DNA of 64,000 nt from Klebsormidium nitens (Eukaryota > Plantae > Klebsormidiophyceae), in the NCBI GenBank assembly GCA_000708835.1, contig DF237068.1, positions 48,923 to 112,922 of the forward strand, in the 5' to 3' direction. Positions 12,401 to 25,774 of the stretch are shown here, in pieces. Made by a program: the position numbers and the translations under genes. The first letter of the stretch is position 1. The number at the start of each line of letters is the position of its first letter. Below the pieces are notes generated by a model. The model saw only the letters and a program-made list of their open reading frames with translations, was not told the DNA's origin and did not search any database.

Positions 12401-15400
12401 CAAATCACACACTGGCTCATACGAAAGCAAGCGAAGTGACGTCAAAGCAGACACCTAGAAGGTGACGTACCGAACATCTCAACGCGCAATTCCGTGCTCG
12501 AGCCACTATCTAGCGCCCTAGCTAAGTACGCTCTTTAGGAAATTCCCGTCCACTTCCAATTTACGTCCACTTCCTCGCAGCAGCGGAAAATCTTTTTCAA
12601 CGTGGAAAATGGCAAGCAAGTAAGCGTAGTGGCAATCAGCGAATTCTACACGGGATTCTGGCAACGAGATAGCCATCCTCTTATAATACTATCATAGCCA
12701 CTGCACCGAGCAGAGGAAGCTAACAAACGAAGACAAACTTGAAGCTGCCGTAGAGGAAGAGCGGAGCGAGGAAAAGAATACCCGTGCATCGGTGAAGAAG
12801 CCCGATAGACAGACCGGCGCGATTGCATTACTAGGAATAAAAGGAACATTATTGGCTCGGATGAAGGAGAAGTGGCGTGGGCACCGCCCAAGTACGCCAT
12901 CAGTCACGGCCAGTATTTCGCGCAACTGACCACTGTAGAAGAGACGCGGCAATCTCGATCATGAAAAGAGAACCGGGTGCTTTCAAGTTTGACAGTTCTG
13001 GCAACATCTCCGGCACCCGATCTTATTTTGACTGTGAGAGAGCTGGACACATCCTGGAATATTGTTCCTAACGGTTCCTCGTAGGGCCCGGCTCACTGGA
13101 GGGGAGTACTCACTCCATCCACGTACTTTCAATGGGCGAACAAGTGCCCACTGGATTGGGTCAGAATCATTGCCTTCGCCAGGACCGCCACAATCGGCCC
13201 TGGGTTGGAGGTTTGGCTGCAAAATGACTGCAATTTCTAGTCGAACCCGCTTCGATGTCAACAGATAGGCGCGGCCGCAGAAACTGGAAGATCGAGCGCC
13301 CAAACTATTGGCTGGGCAGAATCACGGAAGAACACGTTGGATGGAAAATCCAGGCCCTGGCATGAAGCGGAAAAGCTTCAGAAGAAGGGGTGGTCCGGTC
13401 TGAACAAGCCGGTTAAAAAGGGTCAATGTTTTGAAGGCTTGAACTTTTTAAAACCCAGTCGAAGGAAAGTTTGAAGACTTCAGCGGAGACTGACCAAAGT
13501 CTGAGCAGGTAATTTGATGGTCTGCTACTCGGACTGGTGGCAATACGAATTCAGACGCCAAACGGACGCCAAAGGAACGCCAAACGGCTTTGTTTTCAAT
13601 GGCGACGCCAAACGGACTGGCGGCAACCTTAATTCCAGATTTCATCGGAGGGGGATTTCATCCCGACTAGAACGTGAATGAAGAGGTATAAATGACGTCA
13701 GACCACGATGATCTGTGCAACGTTAGTTTGAGAGGGGTGGATCTCGAGAGGGGTGTCGTCATCGTCAAACTTGATACAAAAAGTGCGCCGGCCTCACAAC
13801 TATCAAGAAATACAGTCACCAAGCATATTTCAAAGAGCAAATAGATCTGGATAGCCAGCCTTTCGCAAGAGATACTCACCCAGCTTGAGCTGTGGAAACG
13901 CGTTAAAGCGGCCGTCAAGTTTCACGAAATTGGTTTCTGTTGTATCATCAATCGTACGCTGTAAGCAGGAATCCCAAAATGGCATCAATCGAGTGCAAAG
14001 CATACGTGGGGGCTCGACTCGCCCATGATTTCAGCCAATTGGTTTCACGGCCGATAGTTAATAACGGCCGCTCTCTTGATATGGGATTGAGGTGCGCGCC
14101 ATTATAGAAACCTTCAAAACCGAACGCAAACTTAATTGGAGAAAATTCCTGTGGGCTGACGGCTCAACATGACGACTCGATCCGCCCAGCTAAAAGGTTC
14201 CTCAAGACTGCGTCTCTCAGGAGACGATAAAACGCAGGCAACAAAATGCGTCCATTGTATCTCAGTTTCTATAGCTTCCATATCGATTTCCATACCATAT
14301 GCCAGTCCATCCAGGCGCCGAAACGTTCTGGATATTTTCTAAGAGCACCCTCCTGCTGTGGATTTACCATCAAAAGTGCGGGACCAGAAGGTGCCCGGTA
14401 CTTGAAGGAGGGGTTCTGGACAGTTGTAAGTACACAGATTGCTGGACGTCTCGATAAAGAGCATCAAACAGATCGGCTAAGGCAGCCAGCACTGGATCTG
14501 GCCGATCGATCAGTGAAAAAGTCGCAGTCTTGCTCGAGTAACGAGACGGGCTCCATGGGCAAGACCCAAGTACGCGTCAATCACAGCCAGTATTTCGCGC
14601 AGCTTGGGCCGGAGCGACCGCACAAAACTCCTAAAATAAATTTTGTTGTTTGCAACTTTGCATGACCGTATGTGAGAACGTGAGGACGTTGCTTCGACGT
14701 CCGCAAAAAGGCGGCTTGCAAACGGAACACAAGTCAAGAGTACTTCGGCATCGTAACACTTAAAGCCCATTTCAGAATGAATGGCCCCAAAGCAGAAGAA
14801 GCAACTACAGTACTCGACCTTTGAGAATCGGTTTGACCTGTCAAACCCATGGAGTCAAGTCAGAGTTGTGGCCGAGAGACTGGACGGGGAAGAGGCGGAG
14901 GAGAGGCGGAAAAGAGCTCTACCCGCCAAACATGATACGTGCTCAAGCCGCTTCAGATTCTTCAAGACAACGACGTACGGGGACGCCCGCACCAGCGCGT
15001 ACACAAAAGCTTCTGGAATTCTTTAAAGGAGGCATCAGCTTCTGGTACAATCAAACCCCTACGTACACACCTTGGCTGAGCACAGCCAGTAGTTTCAGCG
15101 AATCCCTACTTTCCCGTCTCGCTTGACCATAAAGCGCGCCTTCGAAAGGACGGCGGGCTTGTGCTGACAGGAAAAGGTCTCGTAGGTCTAACATCAGGTT
15201 TACTTTGAAAAAGTCAGCCATTTTTTCGCGATCAAGATCCGGGCCTGCACCGCTTTGCTCGACGCCCTGACATCAACTTGAACACGCTCTGCATAACATG
15301 TCTGCCCACCTCTTGTCGTCCAACTCTTAAAGACCACCATGCATAACCAAAGAATGGGTACTGGACTGCAGTGCAAAATTTACGAGCAGATCCTCTGGTC

Positions 15401-15500
15401 ACATAATAAGAGTGCCGTCTGATGTGTTCGAGTATACCACTTCGGAACCTCTGAGAGGGCTGAGCTACCCGCTGAAATGATGCAGTAAGGGCACGCCGGA
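6430..15500 (-). pseudogene. Oldest, most diverged partial units of the array (at least 3)
   Basis: Motifs GNDLGRPSGHSSPR (~9600), GNDSDP/SGH (~13160) and DFCKLAQ (~9185, cf. DACKLAQWQ in younger units). 11540-12370 is duplicated at 13700-14490 (shared GQ/HLLVPHF, TMDAF.CLR, VK.DGR, FD.DDT..EI). Confidence 0.65.
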
Positions 15501-15899
15501 CAAACAAGTCAGCAGTGGAAGTCGATAGCAAAACCTTCGCAAGGACTCGGCCGGACGTCAGATGGAAACAGAGAATATGACCAATCAGATTCATGCAAGT
15601 TGTTTGCACAAGGAAAAGCAGACTGCCGGTCCCTTGCGTTTGAGAAACGGCCGACGGGATAAGCTCACGTTCTCGCAGAAAATCGTTACACTCCGCTTCT
15701 GGAATGCTGAAACCGGGCCGGCAAGACTGTTGACCCAACAAGCAGTTTTACTCGTACGCAGATACCGAAGTGATGAGTGAACGGGTGGTCAGCTAGTGGC
15801 TGATATTCCTGTCGCTAATACGCACCGCGTGACACGTGGCACGCAAGACGGCCTCAGCTTTACTAAGCAGGAGCTTCACTTCTTTGAGTCAGACGTTGA

Positions 15900-18800
15900 T
15901 TCTCATCGAGCAATTTCAACACCCGCAGAAGAGAGTATTCGGAACGTCAGTGGCATCATTTGCTGATGGACATGAACCAATGGCTTTCTAAGCCAGAATT
16001 AAGCAGTCCCGGCCGACTGAAAAGACACAGGCTGAATGAGACGCTCCAACACGTCAGACCTGGAGAAACTTGAGCTGCCGTTAAGAAGGGCAGGGATGCA
16101 CTGGGCCCGGTAGAGCAGAGTACGTCAGAGCTTGAAAGGCGCGGCTTCTACTTTGGCAGCACAGACTTCTTTGAAAGGATCATCAATTCCATCAAAGTTG
16201 AAAAAGGGGCGAGCCGCCTTATGGGACAGGCGGCGCCTAGGATGAATCTTTTTCCCCATGCAATTTTGCGACAGGTAGAAACAATCTGCAGAGAGTGTGT
16301 ACGGACGCTACGCGTCGGGTCAAACTCTTGTGAACCTGTCGAAAGCATAACGATGCAGGCTCCTCCACTTTACAGTCAAACGATTGGGGCCTTGAGCTTT
16401 GCTGAAAAGGCTCACGTTGTTTAATCGGCCAATTAAGATTGCCCACAACTAAGATTGCCCACAACATCATAAAAGTGATGTCCAAAGGGGGGCGACCTAT
16501 CTTGCAGCTTTGAACACCAACGCCAGCTTGAACAGGGATTAGATTAGCTGTCCACGAACCAGAACAAAGGCATGGTATTAAAAGATCTGTATCTGAAAGC
16601 ACTAGAATCCGAGGGCATCAGGAAACCTTCGTCGGGTCAAGCTTGGCTTACTGAATGACGGCCAGGGGCATCTTCCAGTCACGGCCGCGTCCAATGGTAA
16701 CCATAAAGTGGGCGAAAGAACCAAATGACAAGTCCAATGAAGGTGGTACCTGGATATGTTGTTGTACGTACCTTCTAGCAGATCCAAAACAAATATCTGG
16801 GGATTCGGTGTACAGACCGATGCACGTCAAGGAAGCAGGATTCCAGTATAGATTCCGAAGCATATCATGACTATTTAGAGACTTTTGATCAATCTAAAGA
16901 GCGTAAAGAAGATCCGAGTGTCACTGCACATCCACCGGCAAACAGAAGTTTAATTTCCCTTGTTTACGCTGCTTGTTGGCTTTCGAAGCACCTGCCATGC
17001 AATCATGCGCCGAAATGATCGATGTTGATGATTAATATTTGCGGAGCAGCTAGAAAGCTACAAGCCAGCCAGATCGATAGCTTGCCAAGAAGTGCCACCG
17101 GTTGAACCTGAACAGGAAGCCGCTTCGAAACCTTTGACTGTGTTCGAAGGCTAAAGCGAGAACATTTGAGATCAAAGCACCACCTATCAACGGGATCGGC
17201 AAACGGCAACTGCAACTCCTTACTCATCCAAAAGAAATAAACACTGGCTCCGGTAGGAGTTCCTGACGGCATGGGCATGGCCTCGGCACGGTGTCGCTCA
17301 CGGCCAGCGTTGCGTGGACAAACCTTCGCAATTCCACAGAAACAACCTTCTGCAACTTTCCTGCATGTGGCAGGACAGAAGGGATGCTTCTCTGACCCTG
17401 CACCACGACTTCTAGTCGGTCGAATCCGTTCTTGCCTGCAATTTGACAGGCAGACGCTGAGAGTGGCTTAATTAAGATAGTAATTGCACAGAACGAGAAT
17501 GCCCAAGCTCAGGGTGGGATGTTTGGCTCTTCAGCCAAAGGAGTCTCCGATTAAAGAAGGGCAACTTTGCAAGCTGATTCACCAAACTATAACGGCCTCC
17601 TCAACCGGCGGATACTAATCAGGCCGGACCGGAGATCACATGCTAACCATGTCTGGTGTGGAAACGATTCCGTCACCTCCGGAAGAGGATTCAGTAGTTA
17701 CTGAGGTACGGATAAGATCGGCAATAGCTTAGAGAAGGCTCTTCGTAAGTGGCATCAGGGAAAGGTAGAGCACGATTGGCGCATCGAGCCAACAAATATT
17801 CATGTCTTCCAAGCGATATGAATTTCGATCAACGCGAAGGCTGTGAGTTTCGCACGTACGTACGCTCGAGAAACATCAGTCCCACAGAAGCAGCCACGTC
17901 TCCTAAAGGCCTTCGGCAGAGAGTCTTTAAAACTTTCTCCTGAATGGTAGAGTTTTCAAGAAGGACTCTTTGAAACAGAGGGCTGATCTAGGCCTCAGAT
18001 CCCCACGTTGACTGAATTTCGCGGTGGTGAACAGCCAGTCTTGGATCATCAAGGGCAACGCACAAATACTGGAAAAGAGGAGCACTAATGACGAATCTCC
18101 ACTCAGGGTTCCATCGCCTTCTGCAAGCGGAATGTAAGCTATAGGCGGTCGCCGATGTGGCAGCCGTCTCACGTCATGTGCGGGATTCAAATCCAAGATG
18201 CCAATCTGCAAACACAACCATGGGCAGGCACAACAAAGCAGGATAAAAGCTAATTCAAGCGATAGTCGACACTGTTGGCGGTTGTCGGTTGCTACAGTAG
18301 AAGTTGCGCAAGCGCGCTGAGTCAACGTAGGCGCTTCGCATGATCGCTTATAGGCAAAGACTTGGAAGAGGTCTGCATATTTGAACTCTCTTGCAACTCA
18401 CATTCGGAAAGCACCCTTCCTTTAAACATTGCATCCAGTACGTTGCAAACCTTGAAACACGTGTCAACAACAAGTCTCCACACTCAGGGTACGTCCTCGG
18501 CGCAGCTAGATTACTGTGGGCACGGAGATGCCCAGGTTGGCGAAATCAGTCACGGCCAGAAACATGAGGATCCAAAACGTTTGAATATTTTTCTGCGGAC
18601 CCGCGAAAGGTCGTGTAACGAGTGGGGATTAACTTGCTTCCTTACAGGAGAGACCTTCGTTTCAAGCGCCGAATGAAGAAGGATCCAGATCCACGTAAGA
18701 CAACGGACGTCGTTATAGAGCGAGCGCATTGTGTAAAGTCGCTCAATCGAGGAAGTGACGTCACAAGACCGGGTGACGTTGAATAACGGCTCCCTGGGGC

Positions 18801-20100
18801 TCAGGATCTGTTCTTCTGCCAGAACAACTACTGGGCAAGGAGATGTCCAGGTTGGCAAGATGATTCACGGCCATAAACATGAACGTTCCCACTTTACACG
18901 CATTCAGAAACTCAAATAACTGAACACTTGTCTGCAGATCCGCGGAAGGTCCTGTGATTAGACTAGTTGAAAAGTCCAAACAAGAGGAACTTGTCCAACG
19001 AGGCGCCAGACGATCAAGGGTCCAAAACCATGTAAGACAACGGAGGCCGTCTTTGAGCTCGAGCAGTTAGCTAGTGTGCGAAGTAATTCATCCTAAAAAG
19101 TGACGCCACACGAACCAGCGACACCAAACAAAAGCTCCTACTAGCTCAGAGTCTCTGCCGAAACACCTCTGGCGCAGGGATGCCCAGGCTGATCAGATGT
19201 ATTACGGCCATAAATGGTCAGATTCCAGTGATAAGCGCACTCGTAGAAGGTAGAGATAGATTGTGCCCGATCAAATTCGGTATGCGTTGAAGGATCATCA
19301 AAAGGAAATTCTTAGAGCCAGCCCGGGACTTGCAAATAGGTGGAACGTTCGATAAGTACGTAAAGCGCAATTTAGAGTCGAACCAGGCACCAAAGCCAAG
19401 CCCTTCAAAATATAAAATGGGCTTGCATCATGGCCGGCAGAGCTGTGAGCTTCGTAGAAATACCATGCGTTGACCCGAACTTGAAAACACGTGTGAAAAA
19501 GGCTGTCTTTAGAATCAAGGACTTTGAGAGAACAAACCGAGTTAGCTCCTTGCAAAACAGCAGGGTCGGGTGGGCCAAATATTGGATCGCGACGAGAAGA
19601 ATACCCATGAGCTCATTGGAACAGACCACAATAAAGGAAGTCTTGTCCAGGGATCCGCTCCTATTTCTAGACGAAAGAAAAAGCTGCGCGCTTGTTGAAA
19701 GTACCGCATCCGACACTCAGAGCATGATATGAGCAGAAATAGAAGCACCGCATGTAGTATCTTCAAATCGCTGGCGTCACCGCATAGCCCCTTGTGGGTA
19801 ATTCAAATGCTCATGGCCACAGACGATCACTGCCTCAATGTACATTCACTCGGTAAACTCGATGGAAGCTTTGGAGCTTGTGCGAAAAAGCTTGTATCGT
19901 TCGTCATTTCAAGTTGGTTGCGTTAGTTGACGTGAAAATGGAGACAACGAGGAGAAGATTGGAGGCCAGTTTCAACATGCTAACTCACTTACAGACATGT
20001 TGCTTCCTCGCAAGAAAGGACAACCAAAGTGGAAGATCGGCGGCCGAAGGGTAAGTCTGACATCATCTACTTGGGCTTCGCGCTTTACTTACTCGCAGGG
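15900..20100 (-). pseudogene. Array unit 0 (diverged; contains a ~330-bp triplication)
   Basis: Homologs of array blocks at ~17090, 17780 (EYLLAR) and 17990 (DLRPR). GR[DEN]...QPGH motif at ~18551, 18866 and 19204. Confidence 0.6.
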
Positions 20101-20200
20101 TCATCCTCACAAGCAGCAGCCAATCAGGCGCCAGTGTGTGGTAGGTAATATAATCTTACTGGACAATCTTTAGGAAGGCAATTTGACTTGAGGACAAGCT

Positions 20201-20227
20201 GCCACGTGTCAACCGCTGCCACGTGTC
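20201..20227. promoter_or_regulatory. Paired G-box/ABRE-like elements (GCCACGTGTC x2) in inter-unit spacer
   Basis: GCCACGTGTCAA at 20201 and 20218. Equivalent pairs occur at 25746/25766 and 34776/34801. Confidence 0.35.
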
Positions 20228-23200
20228 AATCAATCGACGCTGCTTACATGTAAAAACTTACCCGAATGCCAAGCTCCTGGAGTGCTCCGTTCTCGATGCA
20301 TCAAAGTCGGCACCAAGATCTGGGGCCATAGACATGCACAAGAACGAAAGGAAAGATCAAAGCAGCCCAGACCGGCGTCTTATTGAAAATCGCAAAATTG
20401 TGTGGGCGCGGAGCCCAAAATGACCTCAAATCACGGCCGTTGATGCGCACACCAAGCATAATTGACAGTCTTAGTAAGCTAGCCTGAGGGCCGGGGGAAA
20501 GCCAGCCAGCTGGCATTTAAGGTGGTCGAAAATCCTTCAGACGTGTACGTGTATAACCTGCCAGTACACGACCTGTTGCGTCCGCCGTTGTGTTCGTACT
20601 CGATTGTACAGGCGTCTGCAATCGTCCGTTCGACGTTCGTTTCCACTTTTCGGCTCGCTCGAAAGTCTTCACAGGCTTATACACAATCGATCGACGGCCT
20701 TCTAACCACAGCTTTCAGTCAGTCTACTTTGAATCACACTGCACCGCTCACAAAGACAGGCCAAACCCGGAAAGGATATGCTGATCAGGAAGAACGTCCG
20801 CTGTTTACACAGCCAGCAACCGGTCAACCGGCGTCAGATGCACGTTGAATAAGAAGTTAGGTATGCGGAACTTCGAAAATGGAGAAGGTACGAAAGCATA
20901 GAAGAGCGACCCGGATCGGCCTGGGTAAGACGGATTTTGCAAGGGGCGTATCTGATTGTGACGAGCTGACTGCGCCAGCGGTAAAGCAAAAGCATGATGT
21001 GGGCAGTCGAAACAAGTTTATGCTAGCTTCGGTGCTTCAATAAAGCTGCCAACGGTCTTCGTAACGTTCAGAGCAAAGAAAAACGGTTATATACTCGTCC
21101 AAGGCTTTGAGACGATAAACGTTCTGATTTCGTTCAATCCATCTCAAGGAAGCCGAGCACCTCAACTTGAACAGACGGGGGCGCAAATGAAACTTACACC
21201 ACAACCTTGATAATGCCGCTTGGGAGAAAGCGGATTGCAGCTCTAGCGACTTTGTTATCCTCCATGCAAGGACCTAGCTTCCAAGCTCCTTTCCAATCCC
21301 CGAGCTTTTGCTTCGATGGCCAATACGTACAGAGCTCCCCCTCGGATCCCTTGAAATCCGAACAAATCACAGACCTACTTACTTGCAGCTTTCAGTCGGA
21401 CGGAACGACGCTACCCGTGTCAAATGGCTTCTTCAGTCCCTCGGAGACAAGGAGTTCGAACTGTGCATGGTGATGATTGAGCTCCGGAGCTCGTTTGGAA
21501 CGATAAAGGAGAAAGTCGCTCATCCTCAGCTCGAAATAAGCTACCATACAGGCTGAAATTGGAACCACGCTGAACCGGCATAATGACAAGCTGCACGGAA
21601 TAACACAGCAGAATAGCACAACGCTTCGCTGTCTACAAGGCCAGCTTAACAACACCCGGCGTCAGATGTGCGTATACGGACGCGCGTGTTGAAGTGTCCA
21701 GTGCCAGCGGAGTCCTCGTCCTCGCCAGTTGAGCTGAACCTCTTGGGGAAAACAAAGACGTTATCATGCGCAAATTTTAAACTCGAGAAGAACGAAAGCT
21801 TAGAAGAGCGACCCGAGTCTAGTACCCGTTTTGCCTGAGTGAGCCGGTTTTGCAAGGGAGGTACCTGAATGTGACGAGACCGACCGCGCCAAGCGGTAAA
21901 GGACAAAAGAATGATGGACAGTCAAGAAACTTTCTTCTGGCTTCGGTGCTTCAAAGCTGGTCTTGGTAACGTTGAAAGCAAAGAGAAACGCTTGCAATTG
22001 TCGGTAATTTGTGAAGATAAACGTTTCAATGTCTTGACCGCGCCTCGAAGGAGGCGAGCATCAGATCTAACGGGGGCGCAAATGAAACTCTCATAACAGT
22101 CGGCCTTGAAACCTTTTCGTTGCCGCTTGAGAGAAAGGGGGTTCCAGCTCTACAGACTACCTTATGAACTCTAAGACATAGCTTCAAAGCTCCTCTCCGA
22201 TATTCAAGCATTTGCAAACACGTACAGAGCTCCCCCTCGATCAAATCCCTTGAAACCCCAGCTTTATTCAGTTGGACGGAACGACAGCTAGAACCCGTGC
22301 CGAATGTCTCAAAATTGTCCTGTCTTTCGAAATCAATGCAACAGGTTACCTAAGGGTGAATTCAACGATTGCATGAACCAGTACCGCTTTCATCAACGTG
22401 CATGCTGGCATGTGATGTTGACCAGGCTTCGTAGAAGGAGCGGGCATGAGACGCAATGGTCTCACTCAATTGTTTCTTTCTTTCTGGCCATTTTCGAATT
22501 TCGCGGCAGACGAGAAAAGTAGCGGTCTTCGCAGTGGCATTACTTCGCATCAAGCGACGGCTCTTAAAGGGGAAGACTTTGGGTTGGAAAGAAGAAGCCC
22601 TGGATTCTTTGAAACCCAGCGGTCAAGGACGGGCGCTATTAATTCGGAAGCGTGACACGGATCGACGGAACGACGTACCAGATAAATCTATCAGGGTAAT
22701 CGTGTTCCTCTGCTGTTTTGGGACCAACCCAAGCTTATTCGAAAGCAGACGCAAGGCGAAGCTCACAACATCTGGACTAAATGCACAGTAAATTTGCATC
22801 TCCAAAGGTCAAAGGGCGAACTCCATCTCAAATCCAAGCAACCGGAGCAAGAATGAACTGCTAAGTTTTAAATCAGGCCGTCTGTGGACGGGGCAGAATA
22901 CACCGCAGTGAGGCCGCCTGACTTTACACGACAGGATATTAGCTCTAGAAGCAACAAGTTCGTTCACTCAAGCTGGGCTCATGAAAAGTTTGCCAGTGGG
23001 CCAACTTACATGCGTCTGATTTCGGGTCGGTGAAGCAATTCAACCAGGTGATACGACGACTTGGATCACTTGGAGTCGAAGGACGCATTACATAACGAGC
23101 AGACCAGAGCTGCAGAAAGGATGTTTCTCGAGGCAAAAAACAATCCTCGCCCAACAACAAGGCGAACGGCGGCGATTCCGCGCAACGAATGAACCACGTA

Positions 23201-25438
23201 TTTGCGTCCATGGAATGGTCGGGTTCACATTGGACTTGGATTCATAACCCGACGCATTTCAGGCTGATGGGTTCACCGGGTGAACACCCATCATTGAATG
23301 TGTTGTTATGGTTCATGAACATGGTTCATGAACATCCAGGTTTGGCGCAACGCGATCTAACTAAAGTCCATTGAACCACATACGAAACAACAGAATTGCG
23401 CGGCCGTCTTGGAGGAGAGTGGCTTTCTGGTGCATTGCCAAACTCACCTGAACGCCCACGCGTTCCTGATCACATGACCGAGTGCGCACTTTCCGAAAGC
23501 CGCATCTCTGTCGCCAAAGACCAGAAGACTTTTAATATCAAGGGCGTCAAACGTTGCAGTGCTCATCCTGGGCAATGAGAGCCCACTGGCAGCGGACGTC
23601 TTATCATGGCCACACATTTCCAAGCCCACCTTCTAGAAAAGGTTTCTGAGACAGTCGTCCTATAGTGCATCTAGAATCGTCAGCGTCGGAAGACGTATTG
23701 GATGCGCCGGATCGTTCAATTGCGCATCAGTTGCCGCCCGGGGTTGCAGGCCCCGTGTTCAAGATTTGCATATTGGTTGGAACGGGGAAGCGAGTGCCAC
23801 CAGATGGGCAGATAAGTCTTGACAGAACAATGAAGAGATTCATGACAATGCAGGTCTCATGACGTCAGCCCGATCGAAAAGCATGGGTTCAAAAGTTCGC
23901 CAGCTAGATCCGCCGTTGAGAGCGACTACTCATCAAAAACTACACAGCAAAGTCTGACAGACAGTCCTTTGTGCAACGGCTTGGCGATTTTTCTTTTGGC
24001 TGGCCAGCAGGCTCTTCAGGAGAACAGTTGCCTAAGAAGAAACCGGTCATTGACCCAGAACCGCATAGGCCATACATTTCGGTCGTCCTTGGCACTGCTG
24101 TTGCAATGTTTCCGTCACTTCCAATAGATAGATCGTTGCTAATCGAAGTGCCCACTGATCTCCGACAAGTCCGTTTCTCAGTGGCTTCAGGATGATGATG
24201 TAAGCTCGTTTGGCGCTATCGAGCCACACGTGTTCCTGTTCATCAAAGCCATCGAATCCTCGAAGCCTCTCTGACCGCACGCTCGAGGAGACTGTGACAG
24301 AATCCTGGAGAACTCAGGAAGGCCGCAATGTATTGTCAAGGTTATCGGCGGCAGCTGTCATCAAGTTCAGAAAGCCGTTTTGATCAAAAACCAAAACCTT
24401 TAAGGGAACTTGCTTGAGGCCTCAGCTCCTTGTCAGGATCACAGAGCTCTGATTATGAACAACCAGTTTTTCAGAGCATCGACGGCTCGAGCTTCCTATA
24501 TGATCTGCCGCGCAAGATTCATTGAAGTTTGATCTCAACTCAGAAACGGGCCGCCGCTGCGCCGCGCGGCATCATTCCGTGGCGTTCAACTGTACACCAT
24601 CCTTCAAAAACACAATCTCAAGCACACAAGACTTTTCTCAGGCCCACAACAGCTTGTTAAAGCCTTGACACAAATCGCAGCTTTCAGCTGAGTTGAGTTG
24701 AAACATGCGCGAGCGCCTTTAAGTCAAGCTGAGCGCTTTAACACAACCGCCCCGCCATAATTCATGAGGCCGGACGCTTTCCGAATTGGGGTTTCGAGAA
24801 CCACTTTTGAAGAGATTGTTTGGACGGTGGTCGCAAAGCTGGAGACGACTTTGGATCCCAACGGCTCAGCAAACAAAGCAGGGATGTCATCCTTGGACAG
24901 GGGGAACAGGTCCAGATTGGTGCTTCATGCAAGTTACAGCCATGAATGTGACCGCGCCGTTCTGAAGAAGTTAAAATCTCAAGAACAAGCAGTCAAGAGT
25001 TTCTATATTCAACAAGGTTAAGAATACGTGTCCGGAATACGAAGAATTGCTTCCTACGCGGGACAACCTGTCGAAAGGATGACGGGGCCACTCGAACAAA
25101 ATTCCAATTATGAAACAACGGAGTTTAACAAAGAAGAGCGCCGCACTGCGGCCCCGCGCGTAGTACATTCCATCGTTGAAGAGTATGACGTCACGCAGAC
25201 CAGCGGCACCGAAACCTTGCATGAACCCACGAACTTCGTGAAGTCTCCGCCAAGGAGCCTAGTCTGACAGGGGGACACACTCGAGCAACACGTACTGCAT
25301 GTCCCAGAGTCTCGCTCCCAGCACACGTGTTTTCTTCCCGCTTCGTAACTTAGTTAAATAATCTAAATGACTTAGTTAAATTACTTAACTCAGTAACACT
25401 GCGGGCGTTCTAGTTGCCCAGAGGCACCGTTTCATCAT
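20226..25438 (-). pseudogene. Array unit 1: near-complete decayed copy of the unknown ~4.5 kb gene
   Basis: Candidate ATG at 25438/25435 and candidate 105-nt GT-AG intron at 25295-25399. Reconstructed blocks: YVLLECVPLS..WRRLHEVRGFMQGFGAAGLRDVILF; NDAARRSGG; DKELRPQA; FDGFDEQE; CGHDKTSAASGLSLPR..LLVFGDRDAAFGK; TWLN..DACKLAHWQ; FAFNVTKTSFEAPK; GRDL..VYGPRSWC; terminal LQELGIRV..AASID* with TGA at 20226-20228. Many stops and frameshifts. Confidence 0.8.
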
Positions 25439-25745
25439 AGCCCACATCGGGCGCATACTTCGCAATCCAAAACACTAGCTTTCCATCAAGTTGTATCGCC
25501 CATCCCGTGTGCTTCAATTCGAAGGGAAGGCAAAAAAAAACGTATGCTCCTTTCAAGCTGACTTACTAAGCAGCGACGTTGCTCCACTGCAAGACAGATC
25601 CATCAAACGCTACGTACTGAAAAATTTTGCAAACAGATGATTTCCAATAAGCACGTCAACTACTCAACGAGTATCCTTCCCTGACCTTTCCCCTTTCGTG
25701 GATAAGATCGACGGGACAGCAGTTGGCCTTGATGCTGAGATCTAT

Positions 25746-25774
25746 GCCACGTGACAACCAGGGCGTCACGTGTC
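25746..25774. promoter_or_regulatory. Paired CACGTG elements between unit 2 stop and unit 1 start
   Basis: GCCACGTGAC (25746) and TCACGTGTC (25766), about 300 bp upstream of the candidate ATG of unit 1. Confidence 0.35.

Noticed and set aside
13880-13930. VKLDGR as a ligase/capping-enzyme KxDGxR motif
   Set aside because: The spacing is wrong and no other nucleotidyltransferase motifs are present. It belongs to the array family.
20290-20440. FSGRD.K...VY..SWC as a TIR domain
   Set aside because: Only ~40 aa separate the two motifs, shorter than in TIR domains, and the protein stops ~25 aa later, so the rest of the fold is missing.
24240-24270. FDG[LF]D[DE] as a NACHT/NB-ARC Walker B
   Set aside because: It is not preceded by a hydrophobic strand, and no upstream Walker A is present in any copy.
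24650-25280. LLGGDF (APE-like), SPCQ (C5-MTase-like) and KAFNKLLW (LINE RT-like) snippets
   Set aside because: The first two are out of frame with the continuous reconstructed protein. The spacing does not fit LINE ORF2, and no YADD or other RT/MTase motifs are present.
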